Positions 8,968-18,316 of a stretch of DNA of 64,000 nucleotides are shown one piece after another (within the stretch, counting starts at the first letter, position 1; the number at the start of each line of letters is the position of its first letter). The notes under the pieces are model-generated. The model was not told the origin of the DNA and made no database searches. It saw nothing but the letters and a program-made list of their open reading frames with translations. The position numbers were made by a program, and so were the translations under genes. Location: positions 9,601-73,600 of the forward strand of contig DEAF01000010.1 of assembly GCA_002346625.1 (NCBI GenBank), read 5' to 3'. Origin of the DNA: Gemmatimonadales bacterium UBA2989. GTDB taxonomy: Bacteria > Gemmatimonadota > Gemmatimonadetes > Longimicrobiales > Gaopeijiaceae.

Positions 8968-9888
8968 TTGATAATAAGTATGTATAAGCAATCATCATTA
9001 AGCACCCTGATAATCATTTTAAGTGCGATTTTAGAACCTGTAACATCGGCTCAAGTAATAAGTCTAGGTGAAGTACTAGAATGGCAATCGCCACCACCTG
9101 ACCATCGTATTTCTTACGGCCCGAATCCATTACAGTTTGGAAACCTTCGCATCCCCTCAGGTAAACGACCATATCCTGTCGTTGTATTCATTCACGGAGG
9201 CTGTTGGTTATCAGAATTCGATATCAAGCATGTTGGCCAAGCTGAAATTGGAATATCCGAAGCTGGTTACGCCGTCTGGAGTATTGAATATAGGAGGCTT
9301 GGCGACGATGGAGGTGGATGGCCAAACACATATCTCGATGTAGGGAAAGGTATAGACTATCTAAGGGAAATCGCAGATTTGCACACCCTAGATCTAAACC
9401 GTGTTGTAGTTGCAGGACATTCCGCAGGAGGATCATTAGCCCTCTGGGCAGCCGCCCGAGTTAAGATTGACAACCAGAGTCCTATATACATTCCAAATCC
9501 ACTTCCTGTACAGGCAGTATTCGCACTGGCACCAGCTGCAGACCTAGAAGCTATTCAGAATCGTGGATCTTGTGGTAATGCAGTGGGGCGCCTCATGGGA
9601 GGGGAACCATCTGATCAGAAAGAAAGGTACCGTGCTGCCTCCCCCATGCAAATCGCTCCTATTTCTGTTCCACAGACACTTATTATCGGCGACCAAGACC
9701 ACGTTTGGGGACCAGTGGGTAGATCCTATTACCACCATGCTGTTGCTTTAGGGGCAGATAATATCCGAATAGTAGATCTTCCCAACTCTGGGCACTTTGA
9801 GATGATATCACCATCTACAACAACCTGGCCATTAGTAATGGCCGCACTCAAAGAAACGTTTGAAAAATCAATTCCACTCGGTAATTAG
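8968..9888 (+). CDS. Secreted alpha/beta-hydrolase (esterase/lipase-like)
   Basis: N-terminal signal-like segment, oxyanion motif FIHGGCW, nucleophile elbow GHSAGG, and C-terminal NSGHF histidine. Confidence 0.75.
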   Translation: MIISMYKQSSLSTLIIILSAILEPVTSAQVISLGEVLEWQSPPPDHRISYGPNPLQFGNLRIPSGKRPYPVVVFIHGGCWLSEFDIKHVGQAEIGISEAGYAVWSIEYRRLGDDGGGWPNTYLDVGKGIDYLREIADLHTLDLNRVVVAGHSAGGSLALWAAARVKIDNQSPIYIPNPLPVQAVFALAPAADLEAIQNRGSCGNAVGRLMGGEPSDQKERYRAASPMQIAPISVPQTLIIGDQDHVWGPVGRSYYHHAVALGADNIRIVDLPNSGHFEMISPSTTTWPLVMAALKETFEKSIPLGN

Positions 9889-10065
9889 GACAGTCCGATC
9901 TGATAATATTCCTCAAAAATAGGTTTATTAGGCAACCATAACTAATATGATATGCGTCCAAAACAATTGTTAAGAGCGGATCGTAATCGCCACCTATAGG
10001 GTAATAGAGTTTGGTATTACGGTAGGCTATATGAAATCAATAACAGAAGTAAGGAATTTCCTGAC

Positions 10066-11628
10066 ATGTATGATCCTCTACGCAAAAAAATCAATATAGT
10101 ATTCTACTCATCAGTTGCCTGTTTGCTGGGGCTAGGTATCGCTTCAGGTATAGGATGGACAAGCAATACATATTCCATGCCTGCCATAGATACCCAACCA
10201 CAGGTTCCTATAGAGTCTGTTAAGCCTGCAATGGATCTCAGCGATGCATTCATAAACGTAGCTGGAATAGTAACTCCCGCAGTAGTAAGGATTGAGGCAA
10301 GACGACAAGCTCAAGTTGATCAATCTCCTAACCAACTGTTCAGGAATTTCCCAGAGTTCAGAAACTTTCCAGATCAGAACCCCCAGGATCGACCTGATTT
10401 AATATCTGGAGGAAGTGGATTTATTGTTTCCTCTGATGGATATATCCTTACCAACAATCATGTTGTTGCAGACGCCAGTGCTCTGACAGTATTCCTGCAA
10501 GACAGAAGATCTTTCTCCGCGGAGCTAATAGGTCGAGATCCATTCACAGATGTAGCGGTAATTAAGATTGATGCTGATGACCTAACCAAACTTAATCTTG
10601 GAAGCTCAGACGATCTCCGTGTGGGTGAGTGGATCATCGCAATCGGCAATCCGGGATTCGGTGGAACCAGCCACCCCCTAGACTATACGGTGACCGTAGG
10701 AATTGTAAGTGCCCTCGGCAGACCTTTACAGTTACTGCAACGAGAACTGTACAGAGATCAAGAGACCCGGGAATCTAGAGGGTTCGCCATCGAAGACTTC
10801 ATCCAGACAGATGCCGTTATTAATCCAGGCAATTCGGGCGGACCTATGGTAAATCTAAGAGGTCAAGTGGTTGGTATAAATTCGGCCATAGCAAGTAGAA
10901 CTGGATTCTATCAAGGATATGGTTTCGCGATCCCAATTGACCTTGCCCAGAGGGTCATGGAAGATTTGGTCGAATATGGAAAAGTACGCAGAGCATGGTT
11001 GGGTGTAGCTATGACCGGTGTTGACGCTGTGTCCGCCGAAAGCTATGGCTTACCTACTGTTTCTGGAGTTGAGGTGACAATGATCACCAAAGGAGGACCA
11101 GCTGAAGATTATGGGATCATGCCCTATGACGTTATCGTAGCTATTGATGATCAACCCATAGGCCGAACTGGCCAACTGCAACAGAGCATAGCACGAAAGC
11201 GACCAGGAGATAGTATCGATGTTACGGTATACCGTAACCGTAAACGTCTAACCATCAATATTCGCCTAGGTGAGGCTCCCTTAAGCAGTGAAGTATCAAC
11301 AGCATCACTATCCCCAGTAGAAGACGAAGAACGTATGGATCAGAAACTTGGTCTACGCATCGAGAATATGACCCGTGAATTCGCAGCGGAATATGGATAC
11401 CAAGAGATTCAAGGTGCCGTCATAACAAATGTCCAAGTTAACGGTCCTGCAGGACGGAGAGGATTACTTCCTGGCTATAAAGTCCTCGAGATAAATAGAC
11501 AACTTGTAGAAGATGCGGACGATGCCCAACTTATAATGGCCAAAGTGAACTCAGGAGAAATAGTAACTCTTCGTGTGCAAAGTTCTAACAGTCAACCGCA
11601 GGTTTTCCATATTCGTATTCCTGACTGA
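10066..11628 (+). CDS. HtrA/DegP-family periplasmic serine protease with two PDZ domains
   Basis: Catalytic triad contexts NNHVV, DVAVIK and GNSGGPM. N-terminal TM/signal segment and two C-terminal PDZ-like regions. Confidence 0.92.
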   Translation: MYDPLRKKINIVFYSSVACLLGLGIASGIGWTSNTYSMPAIDTQPQVPIESVKPAMDLSDAFINVAGIVTPAVVRIEARRQAQVDQSPNQLFRNFPEFRNFPDQNPQDRPDLISGGSGFIVSSDGYILTNNHVVADASALTVFLQDRRSFSAELIGRDPFTDVAVIKIDADDLTKLNLGSSDDLRVGEWIIAIGNPGFGGTSHPLDYTVTVGIVSALGRPLQLLQRELYRDQETRESRGFAIEDFIQTDAVINPGNSGGPMVNLRGQVVGINSAIASRTGFYQGYGFAIPIDLAQRVMEDLVEYGKVRRAWLGVAMTGVDAVSAESYGLPTVSGVEVTMITKGGPAEDYGIMPYDVIVAIDDQPIGRTGQLQQSIARKRPGDSIDVTVYRNRKRLTINIRLGEAPLSSEVSTASLSPVEDEERMDQKLGLRIENMTREFAAEYGYQEIQGAVITNVQVNGPAGRRGLLPGYKVLEINRQLVEDADDAQLIMAKVNSGEIVTLRVQSSNSQPQVFHIRIPD

Positions 11629-11769
11629 TTTAACAAATTAAAAGCACAAATTCCCACAATCCTTAGTGCCATCTTAAACTTACCCTAAAAATCCCATCTG
11701 TTGATGGTGTTTTCAGGCTCGGTTATCTTTTTTGTCCAGTATAATTTTGGATTATTGGCGAAATTACTG

Positions 11770-11852
11770 GCGAAAGTGGCGGAACTGGTAGACGCGCAGG
11801 ATTTAGGATCCTGTGGCTTTTTGCCGTGGGGGTTCGAGTCCCCCCTTTCGCA
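11770..11852 (+). tRNA. tRNA-Leu (anticodon UAG), type II with long variable arm; CCA not encoded
   Basis: Acceptor stem GCGAAAG/CTTTCGC plus discriminator A. Anticodon stem CAGGA/TCCTG with loop TTTAGGA. Variable arm GGC-TTTTT-GCC. T arm GGGGG-TTCGAGT-CCCCC. The sequence is very close to the E. coli tRNA-Leu scaffold. Confidence 0.95.
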
Positions 11853-11899
11853 TATATATATAAGTATGTGAAAACTATTCTTTCAAAAGCTGACCCTAA

Positions 11900-13165
11900 A
11901 TGGATATCGACGGAACACAACTTAAAATCTCCGTAGTAGAAGGAGAGCGCTGGCGTCGTACAATGAACATTACTGTGCCAGTTGGAATGGTTAAAGCTGA
12001 AAGACTTCGTACTAAAGGAGAACTCGGCTCACGGTTAAAAATCCCTGGCTTTCGCAAGGGACGAGTGCCAGAAAACGTCGTAGAACAACGATATGGAGCT
12101 GCCTTAAATCAAAAGACACTAGATAAGCTGATCGAGATTTCATACCAGGAGGCACTCCGCCAAAACGGACTAAACCCGATCTCTGGGGGTGAAGTGGACA
12201 ATGTCCATTACAAACCAGATGAAGATCTTAAATTTTCAATCTCATTCGATGTCAAACCCGAAATTGAGATTTCCCGAATCGGTGGTTTTCGAATTGAACG
12301 TCCTGCTATCGATAATCTCGATGATAAGATACAAGACGTCCTGAAACGCCTGCAGGAACAAAGCGGTACATGGAAAGATTCGGAAAATAATAACCCAAAA
12401 GACGGCAATCTAGTAAATGTTGATATAGAAAAGATTGGCGATGACAACAATGAAGAAACACACCCATATGAATTTGTACTCGGAAAAGGAGAAGCTATTC
12501 CAGACATTGAAGAGGCCATAAAGTCTCTAGATACTGGAACACACGGAGAGTTTGTGGTCAAATTCCCAGAGGATTTTCCGAAGGAAGAACGACAAGGCAC
12601 AGAAGAACATTTGCGTATTCACCTGAATTCAATTCAAAACCTAGAGCTTCCGGATATAAACGAAGATTTTGCTCGTAAAATAGGAGATTTCGAGGGATTG
12701 GATGACCTTTCAGAAAAGATCAGGTCTGACCTCCAGAGCGAGGCTGAAAATCAGGCTGAAAGTGTAGTGCGGAGCAAACTTCTTGACTCAATACTTGAAG
12801 CAAATCCCTTTACTGTACCAGCATCTATGGTCGACCGTTATATAGAATCACTGATCGGAACTACAGAGGAAAAATCTCCTGATAAGTGGCAAGAAGAAGC
12901 AATAGAAAAAATAAGACCTCAAGCCGAACTAACAGTAAAGCGTATCTTAGTGGTCGACACGTTATCCGATATTCAAGGACTCCACGCAACCGAAGAAGAT
13001 ATCAATTATCGCATCGATGAGATTGCAGAAAAAAGTGGAGAGAACAGAGCTAAGGTCTATGCCAATATTGAAAAAAATGAGAGGATGAGAGCACTGGGGA
13101 GAGAGATCACTGAACAAAAGGTGTTCGAATTCTTAAAAGAACAATCAGAGATTATAGATAACTGA
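11900..13165 (+). CDS. tig: Trigger factor
   Basis: Ribosome-binding signature GFRKGRVP in the N-domain. 421 aa, in the conserved tig-clpP-clpX order. Confidence 0.92.
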   Translation: MDIDGTQLKISVVEGERWRRTMNITVPVGMVKAERLRTKGELGSRLKIPGFRKGRVPENVVEQRYGAALNQKTLDKLIEISYQEALRQNGLNPISGGEVDNVHYKPDEDLKFSISFDVKPEIEISRIGGFRIERPAIDNLDDKIQDVLKRLQEQSGTWKDSENNNPKDGNLVNVDIEKIGDDNNEETHPYEFVLGKGEAIPDIEEAIKSLDTGTHGEFVVKFPEDFPKEERQGTEEHLRIHLNSIQNLELPDINEDFARKIGDFEGLDDLSEKIRSDLQSEAENQAESVVRSKLLDSILEANPFTVPASMVDRYIESLIGTTEEKSPDKWQEEAIEKIRPQAELTVKRILVVDTLSDIQGLHATEEDINYRIDEIAEKSGENRAKVYANIEKNERMRALGREITEQKVFEFLKEQSEIIDN

Positions 13166-13194
13166 GTATACAGAGAATGGAGTAAGTATAGCCA

Positions 13195-13854
13195 ATGCCA
13201 ATCTATCCACCATATGTGATCGAGAGAACTAATCGCGGAGAGCGTAGCTATGACATTTTTAGCCGCCTCCTAATGGACCGCATTATCTTTCTTGGTACAC
13301 CAATCGACGACAACGTAGCCAATATCATCGTTGCCCAACTTTTATTTCTGGATGCTGAAGATCCAGAACGAGAGATATATCTTTATGTGAATTCACCTGG
13401 GGGTGGTATATACGCAGGATTGGCTATTTACGACACAATACAACATATGCGTGCACCAGTCTCTACGTTTGCAGTTGGCATCGCAGCATCTATGGCGGCA
13501 GTATTGGTAGCTTCGGGGGAAAAAGGGAAACGCAGTGCTCTCCCTAACTCTCGCTTTATGATACATCAGCCTTCTGGGGGATCTCATGGCACAGCAGCTG
13601 ACATTGAGATAGCTGCCAAAGAGATTCTATACACCAGACAACAGCTTAATCAGATACTATACAAACATACTGGACAACCTATAGAACGTATCGAAGATGA
13701 TGTTGATCGAGATCGCTTTATGAGTCCAGAAGAAGCAGTAGAGTACGGATTGATTGACCGGATTCTTGAAGGCCCCATTACGAATACGAACAATTCTCGT
13801 CCCAAAGACTCTCATACAAAGGTTGATGACACAGATAAGACAGACGAAGATTAG
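13195..13854 (+). CDS. clpP: ATP-dependent Clp protease proteolytic subunit
   Basis: Ser-His-Asp contexts [15 protein letters not shown] and DRDRFMS are intact. Confidence 0.97.
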   Translation: MPIYPPYVIERTNRGERSYDIFSRLLMDRIIFLGTPIDDNVANIIVAQLLFLDAEDPEREIYLYVNSPGGGIYAGLAIYDTIQHMRAPVSTFAVGIAASMAAVLVASGEKGKRSALPNSRFMIHQPSGGSHGTAADIEIAAKEILYTRQQLNQILYKHTGQPIERIEDDVDRDRFMSPEEAVEYGLIDRILEGPITNTNNSRPKDSHTKVDDTDKTDED

Positions 13855-13883
13855 AACAACCCAATACTAAAAAGGAAATCAAG

Positions 13884-15116
13884 ATGTCTAGTGAAGATCA
13901 GCTACGTTGTAATTTCTGTGGAAAGTCTAAGGAGAGCGTAAAGAAGTTTATCTCCGGACCGTCTGTCTACATTTGTAATGAGTGTATATCACTATGTAAC
14001 GAAATATTAGCAGAAGAAGAAGAAAGAGAAACCGCAGAAAATTTAGTCCCTACTCTAAAACCACAAGAAATCAAAGAAATACTAGATCAATATGTAATCG
14101 GCCAAGAACTTGCCAAACGCGCTCTATCAGTAGCTGTCTACAACCACTATAAGAGAGTTAATAATCAGGGTGTTATCAAAGAAGTAGAAATTGACAAATC
14201 AAACATCCTTTTCATAGGACCAACAGGAGTAGGCAAAACTCTGCTCGCCCAAACTCTCGCACGGATCTTAAATGTACCTTTTACTATCGCTGATGCCACA
14301 ACCCTTACAGAAGCTGGATATGTGGGCGAAGACGTTGAAAATATACTATTCCGACTTCTACAATCTGCTAATTTCAATGTAAATGAGTGTGAGCGTGGAA
14401 TAGTTTACATAGATGAAATGGACAAAATTGCTCGCAAATCTGAAAATCCTTCGATTACAAGAGATGTGTCTGGCGAAGGTGTGCAACAAGCACTGCTCAA
14501 GATTTTAGAAGGTACGATAGCATCAGTGCCACCTCAGGGCGGCCGCAAGCATCCACAGCAGGAATACATACAGATAGACACGCGTAAAATCCTTTTTATC
14601 TGCGGAGGTGCATTCGACGGCTTAGAAGAAATAGTAGAAAGACGCCTCGGCAAGAGACGTATCGGCTTCGGAGAGAAATCATCTGGGGATAAACAAAAAG
14701 AAATTCTCCGCCACTTAGAACCTGAAGATCTCCAGAGGTTTGGACTAATACCTGAACTAGTAGGGCGACTTCCAGTAACAGTACACCTGAATGACTTGGA
14801 CGAAGAATCCCTTATAAGAATACTCATAGAGCCTAAGAATTCTCTTGTAAAACAGTACGAAAAAATGTTCGAACTGGAAAACGTAGGACTTACTTTCGAC
14901 AAAAATGCACTTCGTAGAATAGCTATTAAAACTATGGACCGTGGAACTGGTGCACGCGGACTACGCTCAGTAATCGAAAACTTCATGCGTGACATAATGT
15001 TCGAAATTCCATCTCGTTCAGATATACGAGAGGTCGTGATCACGCCCGATTCAGTAGATCAAAAAGTGCCACCTCTTTTCTTGCTATCTCCTGAAGAAGA
15101 AAAAAAAGAAGCCTGA
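13884..15116 (+). CDS. clpX: ATP-dependent Clp protease ATP-binding subunit ClpX
   Basis: N-terminal C4 zinc finger CNFCGK...CNEC, Walker A GPTGVGKT and Walker [10 protein letters not shown]. Confidence 0.97.
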   Translation: MSSEDQLRCNFCGKSKESVKKFISGPSVYICNECISLCNEILAEEEERETAENLVPTLKPQEIKEILDQYVIGQELAKRALSVAVYNHYKRVNNQGVIKEVEIDKSNILFIGPTGVGKTLLAQTLARILNVPFTIADATTLTEAGYVGEDVENILFRLLQSANFNVNECERGIVYIDEMDKIARKSENPSITRDVSGEGVQQALLKILEGTIASVPPQGGRKHPQQEYIQIDTRKILFICGGAFDGLEEIVERRLGKRRIGFGEKSSGDKQKEILRHLEPEDLQRFGLIPELVGRLPVTVHLNDLDEESLIRILIEPKNSLVKQYEKMFELENVGLTFDKNALRRIAIKTMDRGTGARGLRSVIENFMRDIMFEIPSRSDIREVVITPDSVDQKVPPLFLLSPEEEKKEA

Positions 15117-15236
15117 TAGATAATAATATTCTAGTAGGGTAACCCTTCCCCACATGTGTTTCTAGGACTAGGATAGCAGACAAGCATCAAATATTGAGTC
15201 TGTAATACCTAAATAATCTATAATGCAAAGAGTCTA

Positions 15237-17657
15237 ATGCCCACGTTAATAAGGGTTGACCAAAATTACAAAATTCCAGAACAAATCCCCGTAGTAGCTT
15301 TAAGGGATTTAGTATTCTTTCCCTATATGGTTCTACCTCTACTTATTGGCCGTCCCAAATCTTTAGCTGCTTTGGAGGATGCCGAATCTGGTGATGGTTA
15401 TATGCTTCTACTATCCCAAAAAGATGTCCAGGTGGAGGATCCAACATGGAAAGACATATATAGTGTTGGTACAATTACAAAAGTCCTCCAAATATCTAGA
15501 ATTCACGAGGAAAATACACGTGTAGTACTCGAAGGCATCGGTCGAGTTAAAGTAGATAAATTCCTGTCATCCGAACCTAGCCTCAAAGCATTAATTGAAC
15601 CTTTTGTGCCCGAAGAAAGAGATACAAATAAAGAATCTAAAAAGAGTGAAACACTAGTTCGAAGCGTTGTAAGATTATTCAATCAGTATGTACAGCTCAG
15701 CGATCGCCTTCCAGATGAACTGCTAGGATCTATATCGATGGAAGGAGATCGGATTCGCATGGCACATATGATATCCGGACACATTCTCATTCCTCCAAGT
15801 GAGAAGCAGGAACTACTCGAGGCACCCAATTTCACAACTTATTTCGAACTCATCAAAGAAATTTTAATCCGTGAGCTAGAGATCCTACGCATTGAAGACA
15901 ATCTCGATGCTCAGATTCAAATGCAAATGGATTCAGATCACCGTCAGTCATACCTACAAGCACAAATGAAGGCTATTCAGGATGAGTTGGGATCAAGTAG
16001 CAGTGACGAATGGTCAGACCTATCTACTAAGCTAGTTTCGACTAAACTGCCACAACATGTTCAAGAGCGTGCTGAAAGTGACTTACGCCGACTGAAAAAA
16101 ATGAACCCCGTATCTCCCGAAGCATCTGTAATTAGAACATATCTCGATTGGATCCTAGGGCTTCCGTGGAACGAACGGAGAGAAGATAATCTTGATGTTG
16201 AACATGCAGCTGGGGTTCTAGATCATGCTCATCACGGCCTTAACGAAGTCAAGGAACGCATATTAGATCACATTGCTGTCCTATCACTCGTGGACGAGCT
16301 AAAGGGACCGATTCTCTGCTTAGTAGGGCCTCCAGGAGTTGGTAAAACTTCACTTGGAAACAGTATAGCCAAAGCACTGGGAAGGGAGTTCATACGTATA
16401 AGTTTAGGCGGTGTTCGTGACGAGGCAGAGATTAGGGGTCATCGACGTACGTACGTTGGAGCACTCCCCGGTAGAATTATCCAAGGCATGAAACGCAGTG
16501 GCACAGTAAACCCGGTTTTTATGCTGGATGAAGTAGATAAATTAGCTCATGATTTTCACGGAGACCCTGGTGCTGCCTTACTTGAAGTTCTCGATCCAGA
16601 ACAGAATAAAAATTTCACAGATAACTATCTAGAACTGGAATATGACCTTTCCGATGTATTCTTTGTGGCGACAGCTAACACAATATCCGGGATTCCAAAC
16701 CCACTTCGTGACCGTATGGAGATTATTCGTCTGCCAGGTTATCTAGATACAGAGAAACTGGCTATCGGCCTACGTTTTATCTGGCCTCATCAGGCAAGAC
16801 GTCATGGACTGGATCCTGAAAAAATATCACTCACAAAAGAAGCTATTAAAGAGATAATAACCCTGTTTACCCGTGAAGCAGGTGTGAGAGAATTAGATCG
16901 TCGTATATCTCATGTTGCTCGGAAACTGGCTCGCAGGCAATCCCATAGAAATATGGTAATAGATAAATCTATAGAAATTTGCACAGGTGACCTCAAAGAA
17001 CTTTTAGGACCACCCCGTTATCTGGCCCGTAACAAAGAAGGTGAAGAGAAAAGCTATGGAATTGCAAACGGACTAGCTTGGACTGAAGCCGGAGGTGAAG
17101 TATTAGACGTGGAAGTAGCTGTCATTCCTGGAAGCGGTCAAATACAGCTTACAGGAACCTTAGGTGACATTATGAAAGAATCTGCATTCGCTGCAGTCAC
17201 TTATGCTCGTTCTAGAGCAACCCGGATAGGATTGAATCCTAATTTTCACAAAGACGTGGACATACATATACACATACCCGAAGGAGCTACTCCTAAAGAT
17301 GGTCCTTCTGCCGGCATAACTATCGCCACTGCATTGATATCTGCTCTCACCGGAAGTTTTTCACACAGTGATATTGCCATGACCGGAGAAATCACATTAC
17401 GAGGACGGATCCTGCCCGTGGGTGGAATCAAGGAGAAAGTTGTAGCTGCACTACGTGAAGGACTTAAAAAAGTTATTTTGCCATCTGGGAATTTAGTCGA
17501 AATTGAAACATTGCCTGATGAGATTATTAATAGTATAGAATTCGTTGCCGTAAAAACGATGGATGAGGTTCTTATCGAAGCCCTGTCTCCACTTCCAGAA
17601 TTCTCTATAGGTCTTATGGATAACGAAGAGGCCCTGCGTACTCAACTCTCACAGTAA
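15237..17657 (+). CDS. lon: ATP-dependent protease Lon (LonA type)
   Basis: LON N-domain, Walker A GPPGVGKTS, and protease Ser-Lys dyad contexts PKDGPSAGIT and GGIKEK. 806 aa. Confidence 0.97.
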   Translation: MPTLIRVDQNYKIPEQIPVVALRDLVFFPYMVLPLLIGRPKSLAALEDAESGDGYMLLLSQKDVQVEDPTWKDIYSVGTITKVLQISRIHEENTRVVLEGIGRVKVDKFLSSEPSLKALIEPFVPEERDTNKESKKSETLVRSVVRLFNQYVQLSDRLPDELLGSISMEGDRIRMAHMISGHILIPPSEKQELLEAPNFTTYFELIKEILIRELEILRIEDNLDAQIQMQMDSDHRQSYLQAQMKAIQDELGSSSSDEWSDLSTKLVSTKLPQHVQERAESDLRRLKKMNPVSPEASVIRTYLDWILGLPWNERREDNLDVEHAAGVLDHAHHGLNEVKERILDHIAVLSLVDELKGPILCLVGPPGVGKTSLGNSIAKALGREFIRISLGGVRDEAEIRGHRRTYVGALPGRIIQGMKRSGTVNPVFMLDEVDKLAHDFHGDPGAALLEVLDPEQNKNFTDNYLELEYDLSDVFFVATANTISGIPNPLRDRMEIIRLPGYLDTEKLAIGLRFIWPHQARRHGLDPEKISLTKEAIKEIITLFTREAGVRELDRRISHVARKLARRQSHRNMVIDKSIEICTGDLKELLGPPRYLARNKEGEEKSYGIANGLAWTEAGGEVLDVEVAVIPGSGQIQLTGTLGDIMKESAFAAVTYARSRATRIGLNPNFHKDVDIHIHIPEGATPKDGPSAGITIATALISALTGSFSHSDIAMTGEITLRGRILPVGGIKEKVVAALREGLKKVILPSGNLVEIETLPDEIINSIEFVAVKTMDEVLIEALSPLPEFSIGLMDNEEALRTQLSQ

Positions 17658-17658
17658 T

Positions 17659-18273
17659 ATGAAGATCAGCACAGTAGATTTCGCGAAGAGCCTTTACACA
17701 CAAGGAGAAAATGTCCCCAGTGATTTTCCACAGGTAGCATTCTCTGGAAGATCCAACGTTGGGAAATCTTCGCTGATAAACGTCCTCCTCCAACGAACAC
17801 GAAAGAAGTTGGCTCGTGTATCATCAACACCAGGCAAAACACAATCTCTGAATTTTTATCTAGTTAACAACCACTTCTTTCTAGTTGATCTCCCAGGATT
17901 TGGTTACGCAAAAATATCTGTAAGCATTAGGGATTCTTGGAAGATTATGATCGAACAATATCTACAAGAGGAACAGATGTTAAGAGGTGTAGTCCATTTA
18001 GTAGACGCACGCCATGATCCAACAATGATGGATCAACAAATGATTTCTTTTCTGGCCACATTGAACCTGCCAACATTAGTGGTATTGACCAAGATAGATA
18101 AACTAAAAAAAACACAGCGATCGAATGTAATCACAACAGCGATTAACGACCTGCGTCTGGATGAAGATCAATTGCTTTTGTTCTCATCTAAAACTGGTGA
18201 GGGAAGAACTGAGTTGCTTGATGCACTGGAGGTTCTTGTAGGATCTAAAAATTCATACTCAAGTTCTGGGTAA
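17659..18273 (+). CDS. engB: Ribosome-biogenesis GTPase EngB (YihA/YsxC)
   Basis: G1 GRSNVGKSS, G3 DLPGFG and G4 TKIDK. It sits immediately after lon, a conserved position. Confidence 0.9.
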   Translation: MKISTVDFAKSLYTQGENVPSDFPQVAFSGRSNVGKSSLINVLLQRTRKKLARVSSTPGKTQSLNFYLVNNHFFLVDLPGFGYAKISVSIRDSWKIMIEQYLQEEQMLRGVVHLVDARHDPTMMDQQMISFLATLNLPTLVVLTKIDKLKKTQRSNVITTAINDLRLDEDQLLLFSSKTGEGRTELLDALEVLVGSKNSYSSSG

Positions 18274-18316
18274 AACATATTAGTTGCTCTTCTTAAACTA
18301 ATGATCTATAAAATCA

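Noticed and set aside
10012-10027. Sigma-54-like motif TGGTATTACGGTAGGC upstream of htrA, sharing TGGTATTA with the S9-peptidase motif
   Set aside because: The GG-to-GC spacing is 11 instead of the strictly required 10, and the -12 box is TAGGC rather than TTGC.
11629-11899. tRNA-Leu as an integration hotspot with a possible adjacent island
   Set aside because: The tRNA sits between htrA and tig with short spacers. There is no integrase, no duplicated tRNA 3' end that I could see, and no foreign-looking genes.
11723-11920. 65-aa minus-strand ORF
   Set aside because: It lies antisense across the tRNA-Leu gene and the tig start, so it is an artefact.
14534-15043. Long antisense ORFs inside well-supported genes: 169 aa in clpX; also 2141-2578 in the CNNM gene, 12208-12600 in tig, 25763-26203 in topA, 27166-27606 in aroC, 36320-36730 in dapF, 46647-47033 in the TonB receptor, 52927-53292 in macB
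   Set aside because: All lie on the opposite strand of genes with strong family motifs. They have Arg/Ser/Pro-rich shadow-frame composition and lack start contexts or recognisable domains. This is the expected by-product of codon bias.
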